Shown here: piece after piece, positions 35,501 through 46,394 of the stretch | Layout of the letters: each line of letters starts with the position of its first letter | Numbering within the stretch: position 1 is the stretch's first letter | Assembly: GCA_002269645.1 (NCBI GenBank) | Contig: NIVC01001176.1 | Coordinates: forward strand, 124,001-188,000 | Direction of reading: 5' to 3' | Source of the DNA: Macrostomum lignano | Lineage: Eukaryota | Length of the DNA: 64,000 bases | The notes under the pieces: generated by a model | What the model saw: the letters and a program-made list of their open reading frames with translations, nothing else | Database searches by the model: none | Told to the model about the DNA's origin: nothing | Translations under genes and position numbers: made by a program

Positions 35501-36903
35501 AACCAGGTTGTCCACGTGGACCACGCAGGCCCATTCGAAGAGTGTGAGGGGTACAAGTACCTGCTGGTTATGATTGACCGGTTCACCGGGTTTGTCGAAG
35601 TAGTTCCTGTTTCCGACGTCAGCGCAGAGACCACTGCCACAACCATCCTGACTGAATGGGTTGCCAGGTATGGGATGATGGAGCAGTTGGTGTCTGATAA
35701 CGGAACTGCCTTCATCAATAGTACCATGATAGAATTAACTAGGCTCCTACAGATTGACATGGGTCGGATCACAGCCCGTCGCCCTCAGGCTAACGGTAAA
35801 GCTGAGAGGATGATCCAGACGGTGAAAGCCCAGATTAGAGCCATCTGTCTTGAGAGACAATGCGACTGGCCCCCTGCCAGCCGCCTGCCGCCATGTCAAT
35901 CCGTGCCACAGTCGCCGAATCCACCGGATTTACTCCAGCCAAACTTTTCTTCGGGCGTGAGTTCGAACTACCGCTCGACCTCTGTCACAATCCACCGCCA
36001 AATGAACACTACCAGCCGGAGAGGTACGCCCACCAGTTGCACCGCACGCTAGTCGAAACCTCTGCCCTAGCCCGCCGCACTAGGGGTAAAGCCCAGGAAA
36101 GGCAGAAAAGGTATTACGACCGCCGCGCCCTCCGCGCTGAGTTCCACGAGGGAGAATTAGTCTGGGTCTTGAACCCGAATCACAAGAGCATAGAACCCGC
36201 TGTGTGGTTGGGGCCATACCGAGTAGTGCAGCGCTGCTCCGAGCGGACTTACCGTTTAGTCCCCGAGTATGGTCTCCTAAACCCAGCAGATCGGGTGCCA
36301 AATCCGCGCCATAACATTTACAACATTGACCGCCTCAAACCGTGTATCAGACAGCCCACTTACCAAGACGTAGTTGACCGGTATGGTGAGGCCACCCATG
36401 CCAGGTCTCCAGCGCCTAGTGTGAACCCGCCCAGCGGACCCACGAGCGAGCTTAGCCTCGTCACCATTCCCCAGCCTCCCTCTGCCCGGCCAGAGAGCCC
36501 ACGCAGAGCACCAGGGCCAAATCCACCACCGCCAGCTTCAGGCGCCTTTGAGGAGGGGGCGGGAGCTGCAGCTGGAGAAGGCCAACCATTCGCCGAAGCT
36601 GGCGATGCTGTAGCCATTGAGGGACAGCCACAGCCAGACACTGACACTGACAGCACAGACACTGACACCAGCCACAGCCAAGACAGCTCAGAGTCGCTGT
36701 ACACGGCTTCCTTGGGGGACCCTTCCTCCGAGCAAATAGAACCACCTGAGGTTGCTGCGAATCCAGTCGCTGCGCAAGCAGCTGAACCACCAGCCCCGGC
36801 TGACGTACCCAGATCCAGGTACGGACGCCCCATCCGCCCGCCTGTCAGGTACCGGACCTGTCAAGTGTCCGACCTGCTCCAGCAGTGGGGAAGCAGACAC
36901 TAG
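32553..36903 (+). pseudogene. pol: Gypsy pol (protease, RT, RNase H, integrase) split by frameshifts
   Basis: Protease LDSGA (~32566); RT WVSPIVLVKKKDG...RLCIDYRAVN and YLDDII (33927); RNase H FILDCDSS...VPADALSR; integrase HGQLNH...CTVC, VHVDHAGP, LVSDNG, NGKAERM, and GPY motif WLGPYRV. Frame breaks near 32552, 33440, 34900 and 35870. Confidence 0.92.
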
Positions 36904-36914
36904 CCGCCAGTTTT

Positions 36915-37325
36915 ACACGCCCCGGGCAAGGCGTAAAACTACCTCCTGTGGCACCTGCCGGCCACAGGTCACTGCGGCACCTGTAGACCGCAAGCTCACG
37001 CCCCGGGCAAGGCGTAAAACTACCTCCTGTGGCACCTGCCGGCCACAGGTCACTGCGGCACCTGTAGACCGAAAGCTTACACGCTCCGGGCAAGGCGTAA
37101 AACTACCTCCTGTAGCACCTGCCGGCCACAGGTCACTGCGGCACCTGTAGACCGCAAGCTCACGCCCCGGGCAAGGCGTAAAACTACCTCCTGTGGCACC
37201 TGCCGGCCACAGGTCACTGCGGCACCTGTAGACCGCAAGCTTACACGCCCCGGGCAAGGCGGAAAACTACCTCCTGTGGCACCTGCCGGCCACAGGTCCC
37301 TGCGACATCTGCCAGCCACAGACCA
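36915..37325. repeat. 81-83-bp tandem repeat (5 copies) in the Gypsy 3' region
   Basis: CGGGCAAGG recurs at 36923, 37004, 37087, 37168 and 37251. Confidence 0.95.
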
Positions 37326-38039
37326 CAAAACACAAGCCACAAGCCAAACTAGTTAATTCAAAAGTAAACTAAAAATTAATTCATAAAGCACTTTATGGTC
37401 GAAATATGATTATGATATGAATATTATAAATATAATAGTTGCAAAAATATTCTGTAGTAGTTCTCTGCCTGCATCGGCGTTGCCATAATCTATAAAATAC
37501 ACTAGGGCGCGTATGCCCCTGTAAGCCTAATTAAATAGTAATAGCATGAATAGTATAAACATTATAGCAATGGCAAAAATAATTAAAATAATTGATAGCT
37601 TAGAATAATCCTATTGCATCCGTTCGGTATTGCCAAAGTCGATAAAATGTATAAGAGCGTCACCTCTGACGTTAATACCCCCAAAACCATATAATGTGCA
37701 ATATACGGTTGGTAATTAAAACATACCAACTGGCGACTAGTAAAACTCATAAGTAACTCAAAAAGAAAAAAAACTGAAAAAACAACCATTAAAAACTCGG
37801 GAAAAAAATGCATATAGGAACATAGCTAGCTCAGTTTACTACTCAGCCTATTTACGAGTGCAGCATCGCTTTCTCTTTCAAAAATAAGTTGAAGTTTATC
37901 GCCAAAGTTCGTAAATTTCAAGGGAATAATCATATGAATGTGTATATATATCTTGTGTGGGATAAAAGTAGACAAAATAATTTCAACATTCACACACGCC
38001 CATACACACACGCACATGCACACACACCTGCACGCGCGT

Positions 38040-38500
38040 CTCTGCGCTGCGCCGTTTTCTGTTTGGCGCGTGGCGCCGTTTCCTGCCTTGGCGCGTGGCG
38101 CCGTTTCCTGCCTTGGCGCGTGGCGCCGTTTCCTGCCTTGGCGCGTAGCGCCGTTCCTGCCTGGCGCGCTGCGCCGTCTCTGCCTTGGCGCCCCTGCGCC
38201 GTTCTTTGCCTTGGCGCGCTGCGCCGTTCTCCGCCTGGCGCGTGGCGCGGTTCCTGCCTGGCGCGCTGCGCCGTCTCTGCCTTGGCGCCCCTGCACCGTT
38301 CTCCGCTTGGCGCGCTGCGCCGTCTCCTGCCTTGGCGCGCTGCGCCGTTCTCCGCCTGGCGCGCTGCGCCGTTTCCGCCTGGCGCGCTGCGCCGTCTCCT
38401 GCCTTGGGCGCTCTTGCGCCGTCTCCGCCTTTGCGCGCCGCGCCGTGTCTCCGCCTTGGGCGCTCCTGCGCCGGTTTCCTCCCGCCTTGGCGCGCCGCAT
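38040..38500. repeat. CpG-rich ~25-bp tandem repeat (TTGGCGCGTGGCGCCGTTTCCTGCC) in the Gypsy 3' region
   Basis: About 18 degenerate copies. Confidence 0.9.
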
Positions 38501-39043
38501 CCAAACGATGCCAAACGACGCTTGGCATCGTTTGCCCGCAGTTGTCCGGACTGTGCCTCTGTTCCGTGCCTCTGCTCTGCATCCTTTGCCTCATCCATCT
38601 TGTCATCTTCGTTCTGTGTTTTGCCTCATCCATCGTATCACTTCTGCGCGTCCTTTGTCGTTTTTATGGTCGCGCGCCACGCGCTCTGTTCTGCGCTACT
38701 TTGTAACCATTGTTGTATTTTGTTATGTTTTTGTAACGCCACCATGTTACACTACTTACGCTCACTGCGTCCACTGCTCTGTAATCCCCCTATCGTCTCC
38801 TTTGTAATGTTCTGTAACTTTCTGTAATCCTACCACCTGTTCTGTAATTTTGACTTCGATTATTCAGCCACTTGTAAGCCTGTGGGTTAGTAATCCCTAA
38901 GGCCTCCAGTAATCATATGCTCATATAAACTGACTCAACCCCACTGTAATTCATTCTACTGTAATTTCATATGCTGCGGTCATGCTGTGTTTCTGCCGTC
39001 ACCCCGCGTGTTGGTTTTCTTTTGCGTGACCCTATCCTTTTTC

Positions 39044-39057
39044 GGAAGGGAGGCGGG
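39044..39057 (+). other. Polypurine tract
   Basis: GGAAGGGAGGCGGG immediately before the TGT start of the LTR. Confidence 0.8.
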
Positions 39058-39841
39058 TGTGACGTTGCTAGTTTAAGTGGTCCCGCAAAAGGGCCGTTGG
39101 ACTATAGTTTCCCTTGCAATTTCTCATTTTAATTTCTCCAATAGTTTATTTTAACGTTTACTTATAGTAGCGTGCAATTAATCTGTATCAACTGCTAATT
39201 CACTGTGTATTTGGTAGGCCTTGCGCTCATCTGTGAATTTTGGCACGATCGATAATTTCAAATTCTCTCGCCAGCCAATGAAAACTCTCCGTGTTTTACG
39301 CTACCCCCTTTTGCGCTCTTTATTAACCCCCGCCTGGCGGCGGGCTGGGGGCCTCCTCACTTCGCGGCTCTTGTTTTCCTTCTCCTGCCTTCTGTCTCGA
39401 GCCTCCTTATCTCTCGCCACGGCTCCTCTGTCTGGGCCAGCCTGTTTACACTGCCTGCCACTGTCTGCCACGGCTAGCGCCAATCTCACCACTACGCACC
39501 TGCCACTGCTGTGCTCATCGCCGTTACTCACCACGTTGCATCGCCTTGCATCACTCGCCTACCACTCGACTACAATTTCTGATTCACCTTCAATTCAAAA
39601 CCATTGTTGCAGCCGCCAGTGTCCCAAAAGCACAATAAGTTCTGTATTAACATTAACCAAATTTGAATATTGATCTCAACAATAAAACAACTACGGCAGT
39701 TACCTGCCTTGTATGCCAAGTGCTCCGCTACACAATCCGCTTATCAAGACTTGACTCGATTCATTTTGGGACTACGACTTACGACAACTCTCGTAAAACG
39801 GCCCTTCTAAGGGTCATAGCCTCTACGCCAATAACGTGACA
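39058..39841 (+). repeat. 3' LTR (784 bp)
   Basis: Begins TGTGACGTT and ends AACGTGACA (TG...CA, imperfect 9-bp terminal inverted repeat); AATAAA at 39681. Confidence 0.82.
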
Positions 39842-40340
39842 TAATTATAATTTGATAGCTCTTAGCTGGCACTAAAAATCCATGGGGTTTTTCACATGGT
39901 GCTACTAAAAGTGTCAAAAAACTAAAACTAAATACTAAATAAGGGTATCAGTATACTTCAATTTATTTTCTATAAGTTGCTAGGCCGGCAGGACCTAGGC
40001 CTATTCAACTTTGTCTTTCAGCTAGTTTAAAGTTCAAATGATAAATGGCTTTATATAAAAACGAAAATTTTTTACTCCTAGACAAGCTTGAATTCCTACA
40101 AAGTCAAATCTTACAATTATTAAAAGAATTATACACTATAGTTAATACTAAAATAACATTGCTAAAATAAAATGGCTACGGCAACTTCCTTAAAGTTAGA
40201 AATTTAATGCACGGCACCGTGAAAATAACGCGAAACTTATTCGTACGGTGCCGTGTAAATAACACGAACTTATTTATACGGTCCCGTGCAAATAACAAGT
40301 GCCATTAGAAAAACTGACGCAAATTATGGGTGCGTTCGAG

Positions 40341-42736
40341 ACTAACTACTGAATTCACGCCTCAGATTTCACGCCCAAAAATGATGAAACTGAAACAGTG
40401 AAAATAAATAAATAAACGATTGCGCAAGTTATATAACCTTTGCGCACACAATCACCGGCCTAGACGTGCTAAAATAAGGGAGAAAAAAAAGTTTTTGTGT
40501 TCTTATAATGGAGTGAAAAGGGAGTGATCAAATTTTAATCGCAGCAGAGATTGCGCATGTATTGAGCTTCTGTAATTTCTATTCACTAATCATTGCGCAA
40601 CCATGCATACTAATCCGATTTGATTTATATGTTCTACAAAGTTTGTAAATATCAATGGAATATTTATAACTTTAACAAAATTAGCACCCATTTAAATTCC
40701 GTGCGCAAGACCACTGCAAGGCTCGCCGAGCAGTTGAGGTTGATCACTAACTACTGTATATATGGTATGGTATTGGATTCTTCGAACCTGTGTTGCATCA
40801 TGTGATTAAACACATATTGTCTATTGCATACTTGAGCAATTAAGTGAGCGTAAATATCACTAAAAGTGAAATAATAAATAGTTAGTATGTAGATAGTGAT
40901 TGCTAATTAGTTAGTAATTAAATAGTAAGTAAATAATGATTGTACTCTTAGCAATATGATTTACTTTACTTGTGGTTATTCACTTATTCTTAGTACATTA
41001 TTGCTGAAATGAATCTGCAATGTCACTTTTAGCACAAGAATGTATGTATGTTAGGACATGTTGTAAAAGCTTTTCATTATCTATAGACCTACTTATATTA
41101 ATATTAAGACTCTTCCAACCTTGCCTAGTCTAGCATAACTTGTAAACTCTCCAAGCACTCATTCGTTGATTTAAATACTACTAAAGCAAAGCATTGCCTA
41201 TTAAATTACAGTAAATATTGACATTAAAATAAATCAACAGTATAATTATAAATATCAATGTTAGACATATATTCTAATGCAGTTTAATATATAGATTAGG
41301 GGCCTAGCTATTCTTTGGCTCCTATCTATATTCATTTGAGTTTAACATGTTATATGGGGACATCTGCTTTGATAAACAGTGCTCTTGCTTATATAAAGTA
41401 ATACAGAAGAGCAATAGTAGCTAACTTATGCTTATGTTAGCCAATGCCCCCAAATATCCAAATTTTAAACTTCTTTAATATATATAGATTCAATTGTGTT
41501 TTCTGTGTTTTCATTGCTAGCCTTTATCAGGGACCTAAAAGCACAATTGGCATGTACTATTTACCACTAAATATTGATTGATTGATTTTATTTTAAACAG
41601 TCAGTGGGCTTAGCATTTAGTTCAAAAAAGTCAATTTAGCTACTGCCACAATATACAGATTCAATTGTGTTTTCTGTGTTTTCATTGCTAGCCTTTATCA
41701 GGGACCTAAAAGCACAATTGGCATATACTATTTACCACTAAATATTGATTGATTTTATTTTAAACAGTCAGTGGACTTAGCATTTAGTTCAGAAAAAGTC
41801 AGTTTAGCTACTGGCACAATATACAGATTCAATTGTGTTTTCTGTATTTTCATTGCTAGCGTTTATCAGGGACCTAAAAGCACAATTGGCATATACTATT
41901 TACCACTAAATATTGATTGATTTTATTTTAAACAGTCAGTGGGCTTAGCATTTAGTTCAGAAAAAGTCAGTTTAGCTACTGGCACAATATACATGTTCAA
42001 TTGTGTTTTCTGTATTTTCATTGCTAGCCTTTATCAGGGACCTAAAAGCACAATTGGCATATACTATTTACCACTAAATATTGATTGATTTTATTTTAAA
42101 CAGTCAGTGGGCTTAGCATTTAGTTCAGAAAAAGTCAATTTAGCTACTGGCACAATATACATGTTCAATTGTGTTTTCTGTGTTTTCATTGCTAGCCTTT
42201 ATCAGGGACCTAAAAGCACAATTGGCATGTACTATTTACCACTAAATATTGATTGATTTTATTTTAAACAGTCAGTGGGCTTAGCATTTAGTTCAAAAAA
42301 AGTCAATTTAGCTACTGCCACAATATACATATTCAATTGTGTTTTCTGTGTTTTCATTGCTAGCCTTTATCAGGGACCTAAAAGCACAATTGGCATATAC
42401 TATTTACCACTAAATATTGATTGATTTTATTTTAAACAGTCAGTGGACTTAGCATTTAGTTCAGAAAAAGTCAGTTTAGCTACTGGCACAATATACATGT
42501 TCAATTGTGTTTTCTGTGTTTTCATTGCTAGCCTTTATCAGGGACCTAAAAGCACAATTGGCATATACTATTTACCACTAAATATTGATTGATTTTATTT
42601 TAAACAGTCAGTGGGCTTAGCATTTAGTTTAGAAAAAGTCAATTTAGCTACTGGCACAATATACTTGTTCAATTGTGTTTTCTGTGTTTTCATTGCTAGC
42701 CTTTATCAGGGACCTAAAAGCACAATTGGCATATAC
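40341..42736 (+). repeat. Left TIR (~1.15 kb unique plus ~7.4 copies of a 168-bp unit, 41489-42736)
   Basis: Reverse complement of 49520-51399; unit starts at 41660, 41828, 41996, 42164, 42332, 42500 and 42668. Confidence 0.93.
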
Positions 42737-42780
42737 TCCTATTAAATAGTGTCTTATTTTCATTTCTTTTCCCTTTTCAG

Positions 42781-43758
42781 GCTTTTGTTAACGACGCCTT
42801 TGCTGTTTTTGAAGCGCAAGGTCCTCTACCTGGCAACTTACCTGATTCGGATATTGTTGTCGGTGTCAGACTTGAAGCTACTGATGTGAAGGATGCTGCA
42901 CGACTTCTTGGTTTGAGATTTTTAAATTCGGCGATTCGTACTGTGAGAGGTTCAAATGTGAAGTATATTAGTGAGAATGGTATTTCGTTGGCTTTCTCTG
43001 ATGGTGTTGCCATTTTTCGCAAAAGAAAAAGCCCTGAGATGCGGCTGGACTCTGCGAAACGCTCGAGAGCCGTTGAAGATGGCCGTGCTTGGCACGAGGA
43101 GCACAATTGGCAGCGTTCTTATCTTACAAACTACAAAAGCGACGTAATTGCAATGAAGCATATTTGTACCGCGGTAGAGCACATAGAGAGTGCAGCAGGT
43201 TTAGCTTCAGCTAAGTGGTGTCTTCCAATTCAAATGTTTCTTCCTTGTCTACGCCATCTTAAGAGCGAGTTTGAGCATGCGAATCAAGTGGAAAATTATA
43301 GCAAGGTCATGGATAAAGAAATTTCTCTGGATGATCTGATGGAAGAGGGGAGAAGTCGATAAGTTCGAGAAGCGGCGGAGGAGTCTGCTCGATGGGAGGC
43401 GGAGTCTGCTCGAAGGGAGGCGGAGGAGTCTGCTCGAAGGGAGGCGGAGGAGTCTGCTCGAAGGGAGGCGGAGTCTGCTCGAAAGGAGGCGGAGTCTGCT
43501 CGAAGGGAGGCGGAGGAGTCTGCTCGAAGGGAGGCGGAGTCTGCTCGAAAGGAGGCGGAGTCTGCTCGAAGGGAGGCGGAGGAGTCTGCTCGAAGGGAGG
43601 CGGAGTCTGCTTGAAGGGAGGCGGAGGAGTCTGCTCGAAGGGAAGCGGAGGAGTCTGCTCGAACGGAGGAGAAAGCCAATCGCAAAAGACGACTAGGAAG
43701 AAATGCAAATGAATTTAATGAAAGACGTTGCAAAAGCCGCAGAACCGAAAGGAAGTGA
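42781..43758 (+). pseudogene. Second Mutator-element gene (unknown protein with an EESARREA coiled-coil tail), two in-frame stops
   Basis: Polypyrimidine-CAG acceptor ending at 42780; open frame to TAA at 43360; the same frame continues through 21-24-bp repeats (TGA at 43612) to TGA at 43756. Confidence 0.55.
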
Positions 43759-44948
43759 AGAAAGGACAAGTGACGCTTCTTCTGTGACGTTTTACTCTGT
43801 ACTTCGTATTAAAAGCGTAGTATTTTTGTACCACTTATAAACTATTTTCTTCAGCTAATGTCTATGAAACTTACCAATGCTTTTATCATCCATTTTTGCT
43901 TTATCGGACTGGGGAGACGATGCATTGTTCAGGACCGTTTGTACAACACGCTGCTGAATTTACTCTGGGCCTGCTCGCAACGCCAAATAAAAATTGTATG
44001 AGTACGAGCTTGTTGAATTTTCTGACAGGTCATTCCGTCGTACTTTAAAATTAAACAAGAAGTGGACAGAATTTGTCTGTGAAAATGAGCCTTTAGGGGG
44101 CTTCTCTACTGCTTTTTGGATATTGCTTTGTTCACTTATGTTCCAAAAATGTTTCGATGAAAGGCTTACTTTAAAGTGTATATTTATTTCCAATAATATT
44201 GATGCCATTATTCGTCCTTACTGTCTCAACTTGTCTATAGTTTTTTGTATATTACTCAACGTCTCACTGTTGCACTGACTTTAAACAGCTTTCTTAGCAG
44301 TCTCACCAAATCGTGCACAAAAAATTCGACAAGTTTATCTTCGGCGAAATCGTCGCATGACTTATACTAATTGAGGAAAAAAGTTTCTTAACTTTTCAAA
44401 ATTTGCCTATTGGTCTAATAATTGTCTAATGGTGTCGAGTCCTTCGTTTTTCAGCATTGAGTGTATTAGCCACAACAGTTCCCTATGAGGCATTTTTATT
44501 GTATCTGTATCGACAGGCACCTAGAGCGGCAATAACAATGCTGGCCCGACTTCATTTGTATGAAAAAGCAGGAAGCTCACAAAAATAAATTAACCGTTCT
44601 ATTTCCGTCAAAAGTGACAAACTTGTCAGAACAGAAAACTGTCGTGTATATTAATATTTCGTTAAGAGTAGAACATGATGGCACAGTAAGAGGTTTACCA
44701 GTCATTATAAAAGACATTGCTCATAAAAAATAGTCTTGCTGAAATTTCAGCTGAACTGAGGATGTACTCAAATTATTGGCCTAAAAAAGTAGCCAGCTGC
44801 AAAACTTGCGGAAGATTGAGACGACGAGTATAGAAAAAGTGACCAGGGTCAAAGTAAGGGTCCATTCACAATGACATCAGTGATCACGCGATTTGTGCGT
44901 ATTTTTTCTCTGTATGTAAGTCAATTAATTTGCGGTGTGAATGAGCCT

Positions 44949-46026
44949 TTAGCCATAAAAAAGAGCGCAGCAATTACGCCTGATGTTTTCGAAAACAGCA
45001 GGTAATGAGACAGCACGCACTTCTAAATCGTTGAGACAAAGGCAGCCGTAGTCTTCAGTAAACGTATAGGCAACGTAGTGGCCACTATCAACTGAACGGC
45101 CAAAGTGAACAATCGCTGCTCGGAGCTTGTAGGATTTTCCACTAAGAACAAGAGTTAGTTCGACTGGGATTGGAGAAGTTGATTTTTTAATTCCTTTTCG
45201 GCCGATAGAGACACGGCCAATGCCGATGCACAAAAACGTTGACAATAAGGACAGCGCCTGATGGTGGCTGCACCGGCCAGTTGTGCAATTTCGACACAGA
45301 ATATCGGTTCGGTCTGAGGACGAAAACATCGAATCGCGCACAAGATGCGGAAAGTCGCGATCATCGCCTTCGATAACTGGCACACGGAGAATTGTAGTCA
45401 AATCATTGTGCTCCAAACGGGTAAGAGAGTGACACGAAGAGCACAGGAGTGTCGTACTCGACTGGAAAGTGGTATAGATTTGTCTTTACTGCACGTCAGT
45501 GTATATCATGGCTAGCCAGGAACCATGGAACCAGGGGGCAGACACTCTTCAGAAACTAGGGTCAATTGTCTAAAGAGCTCAGACAAACTATTCTTGTTCT
45601 GTCCTAAACTGCACCTCAGCCTTTCGGAAAAAAGCATACATATTTCTATCGGGATATTGTACGCAGGGAAAAGTCGAGAACTTACGTAGCATGAAAAATG
45701 GTCTTGAGTTTCTGGGAGTGTCAGCATTGCGGTTAGAAACTCGAGGACACAATTTTCTGCTTTCGGATCCATTCCAGCTTTGAATGTGCACCACAGATAG
45801 GCCGGTGTGTGAAAAGTGTGCGCCGCTTGGTTGTTGCCAGTTAGAATTGCATTAACAAGAGAAATAATTGCTGGCGAATTCGGCATCACCGTTAGTGGTT
45901 GTCCAAGAGTTTTTGCGAGACATTGGCAAGCAGCATTGAATGCGCAGTATTTGCCCGTGGTATTTGGTAGTCCTATACCAATCGGCAACGGCGCCAACGA
46001 GGACGGAGCAGAAACCGCGGTCGCCA
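44949..46026 (-). CDS. Ubiquitin-specific protease (USP, peptidase C19) domain inside the Mutator element; exons 46026-45686 and 45461-44949
   Basis: Cys box GLPNTTGKYCAFNAACQCL, ENCVLEFL, zinc pairs CSSC and CRNC, His box YKLRAAIVHFGRSVDSGHYVAY...LNDLEV. Phase-0 intron 45685-45462 (GTAAGT...CAG) joins the halves; phase-1 intron 46394-46027 links upstream to the 46315-46872 frame. Confidence 0.85.
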
Positions 46027-46394
46027 CTACAATATGAAAAAAGTCTGAACGACTAGACTCGTGGTATCTAGATTAAATGGATTAATTGGTGTGATAAGAG
46101 GTACTTTAGAAGGAATATACGAATGGTACGCTCCTGCATCGCTTCTCTGATTATAGTATTTACGACGATGGACATATGGCCCATCTAGGGGTTCTTTTTT
46201 CTCCTGGGTTAATGAGAGTACCTACAGGAGGAACTACGAGTAATGTCGAGCATTCATATACTTGGCTCAGTCTATAAGAGGAGAGCTCACGTTCCGTTCG
46301 TAATCACGTGACAATTACAAATAATCAAGCTTCTGATTATCTAACTCTCGCTGCTTGGAGTCTATCTTATAGAAACTCTGGTCTGAGAGGTTAC

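Larger units (their letters stand above)
30721..39841 (+). mobile_element. Ty3/Gypsy LTR retrotransposon, 5' LTR missing
   Basis: Order gag-PR-RT-RNaseH-IN, followed by a PPT and a 3' LTR. No sequence similar to the 3' LTR found upstream of gag. Confidence 0.93.

Noticed and set aside
36752-38827. Long ORFs after integrase as a possible env gene
   Set aside because: They derive from the 81-bp and 25-bp tandem repeats; no signal peptide, furin site or transmembrane anchor pattern is evident.
40620-40805. Identical 61-aa ORF at 40620 (+) and 50935 (-)
   Set aside because: The duplication is explained by the TIRs; the ORF is AT-rich, starts at TTG and has no motif.
43296-43769. Repetitive ORFs RADSSASL, PPPFEQT and GGGVCSK
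   Set aside because: They are alternative frames of the EESARREA repeat belonging to the + strand gene.
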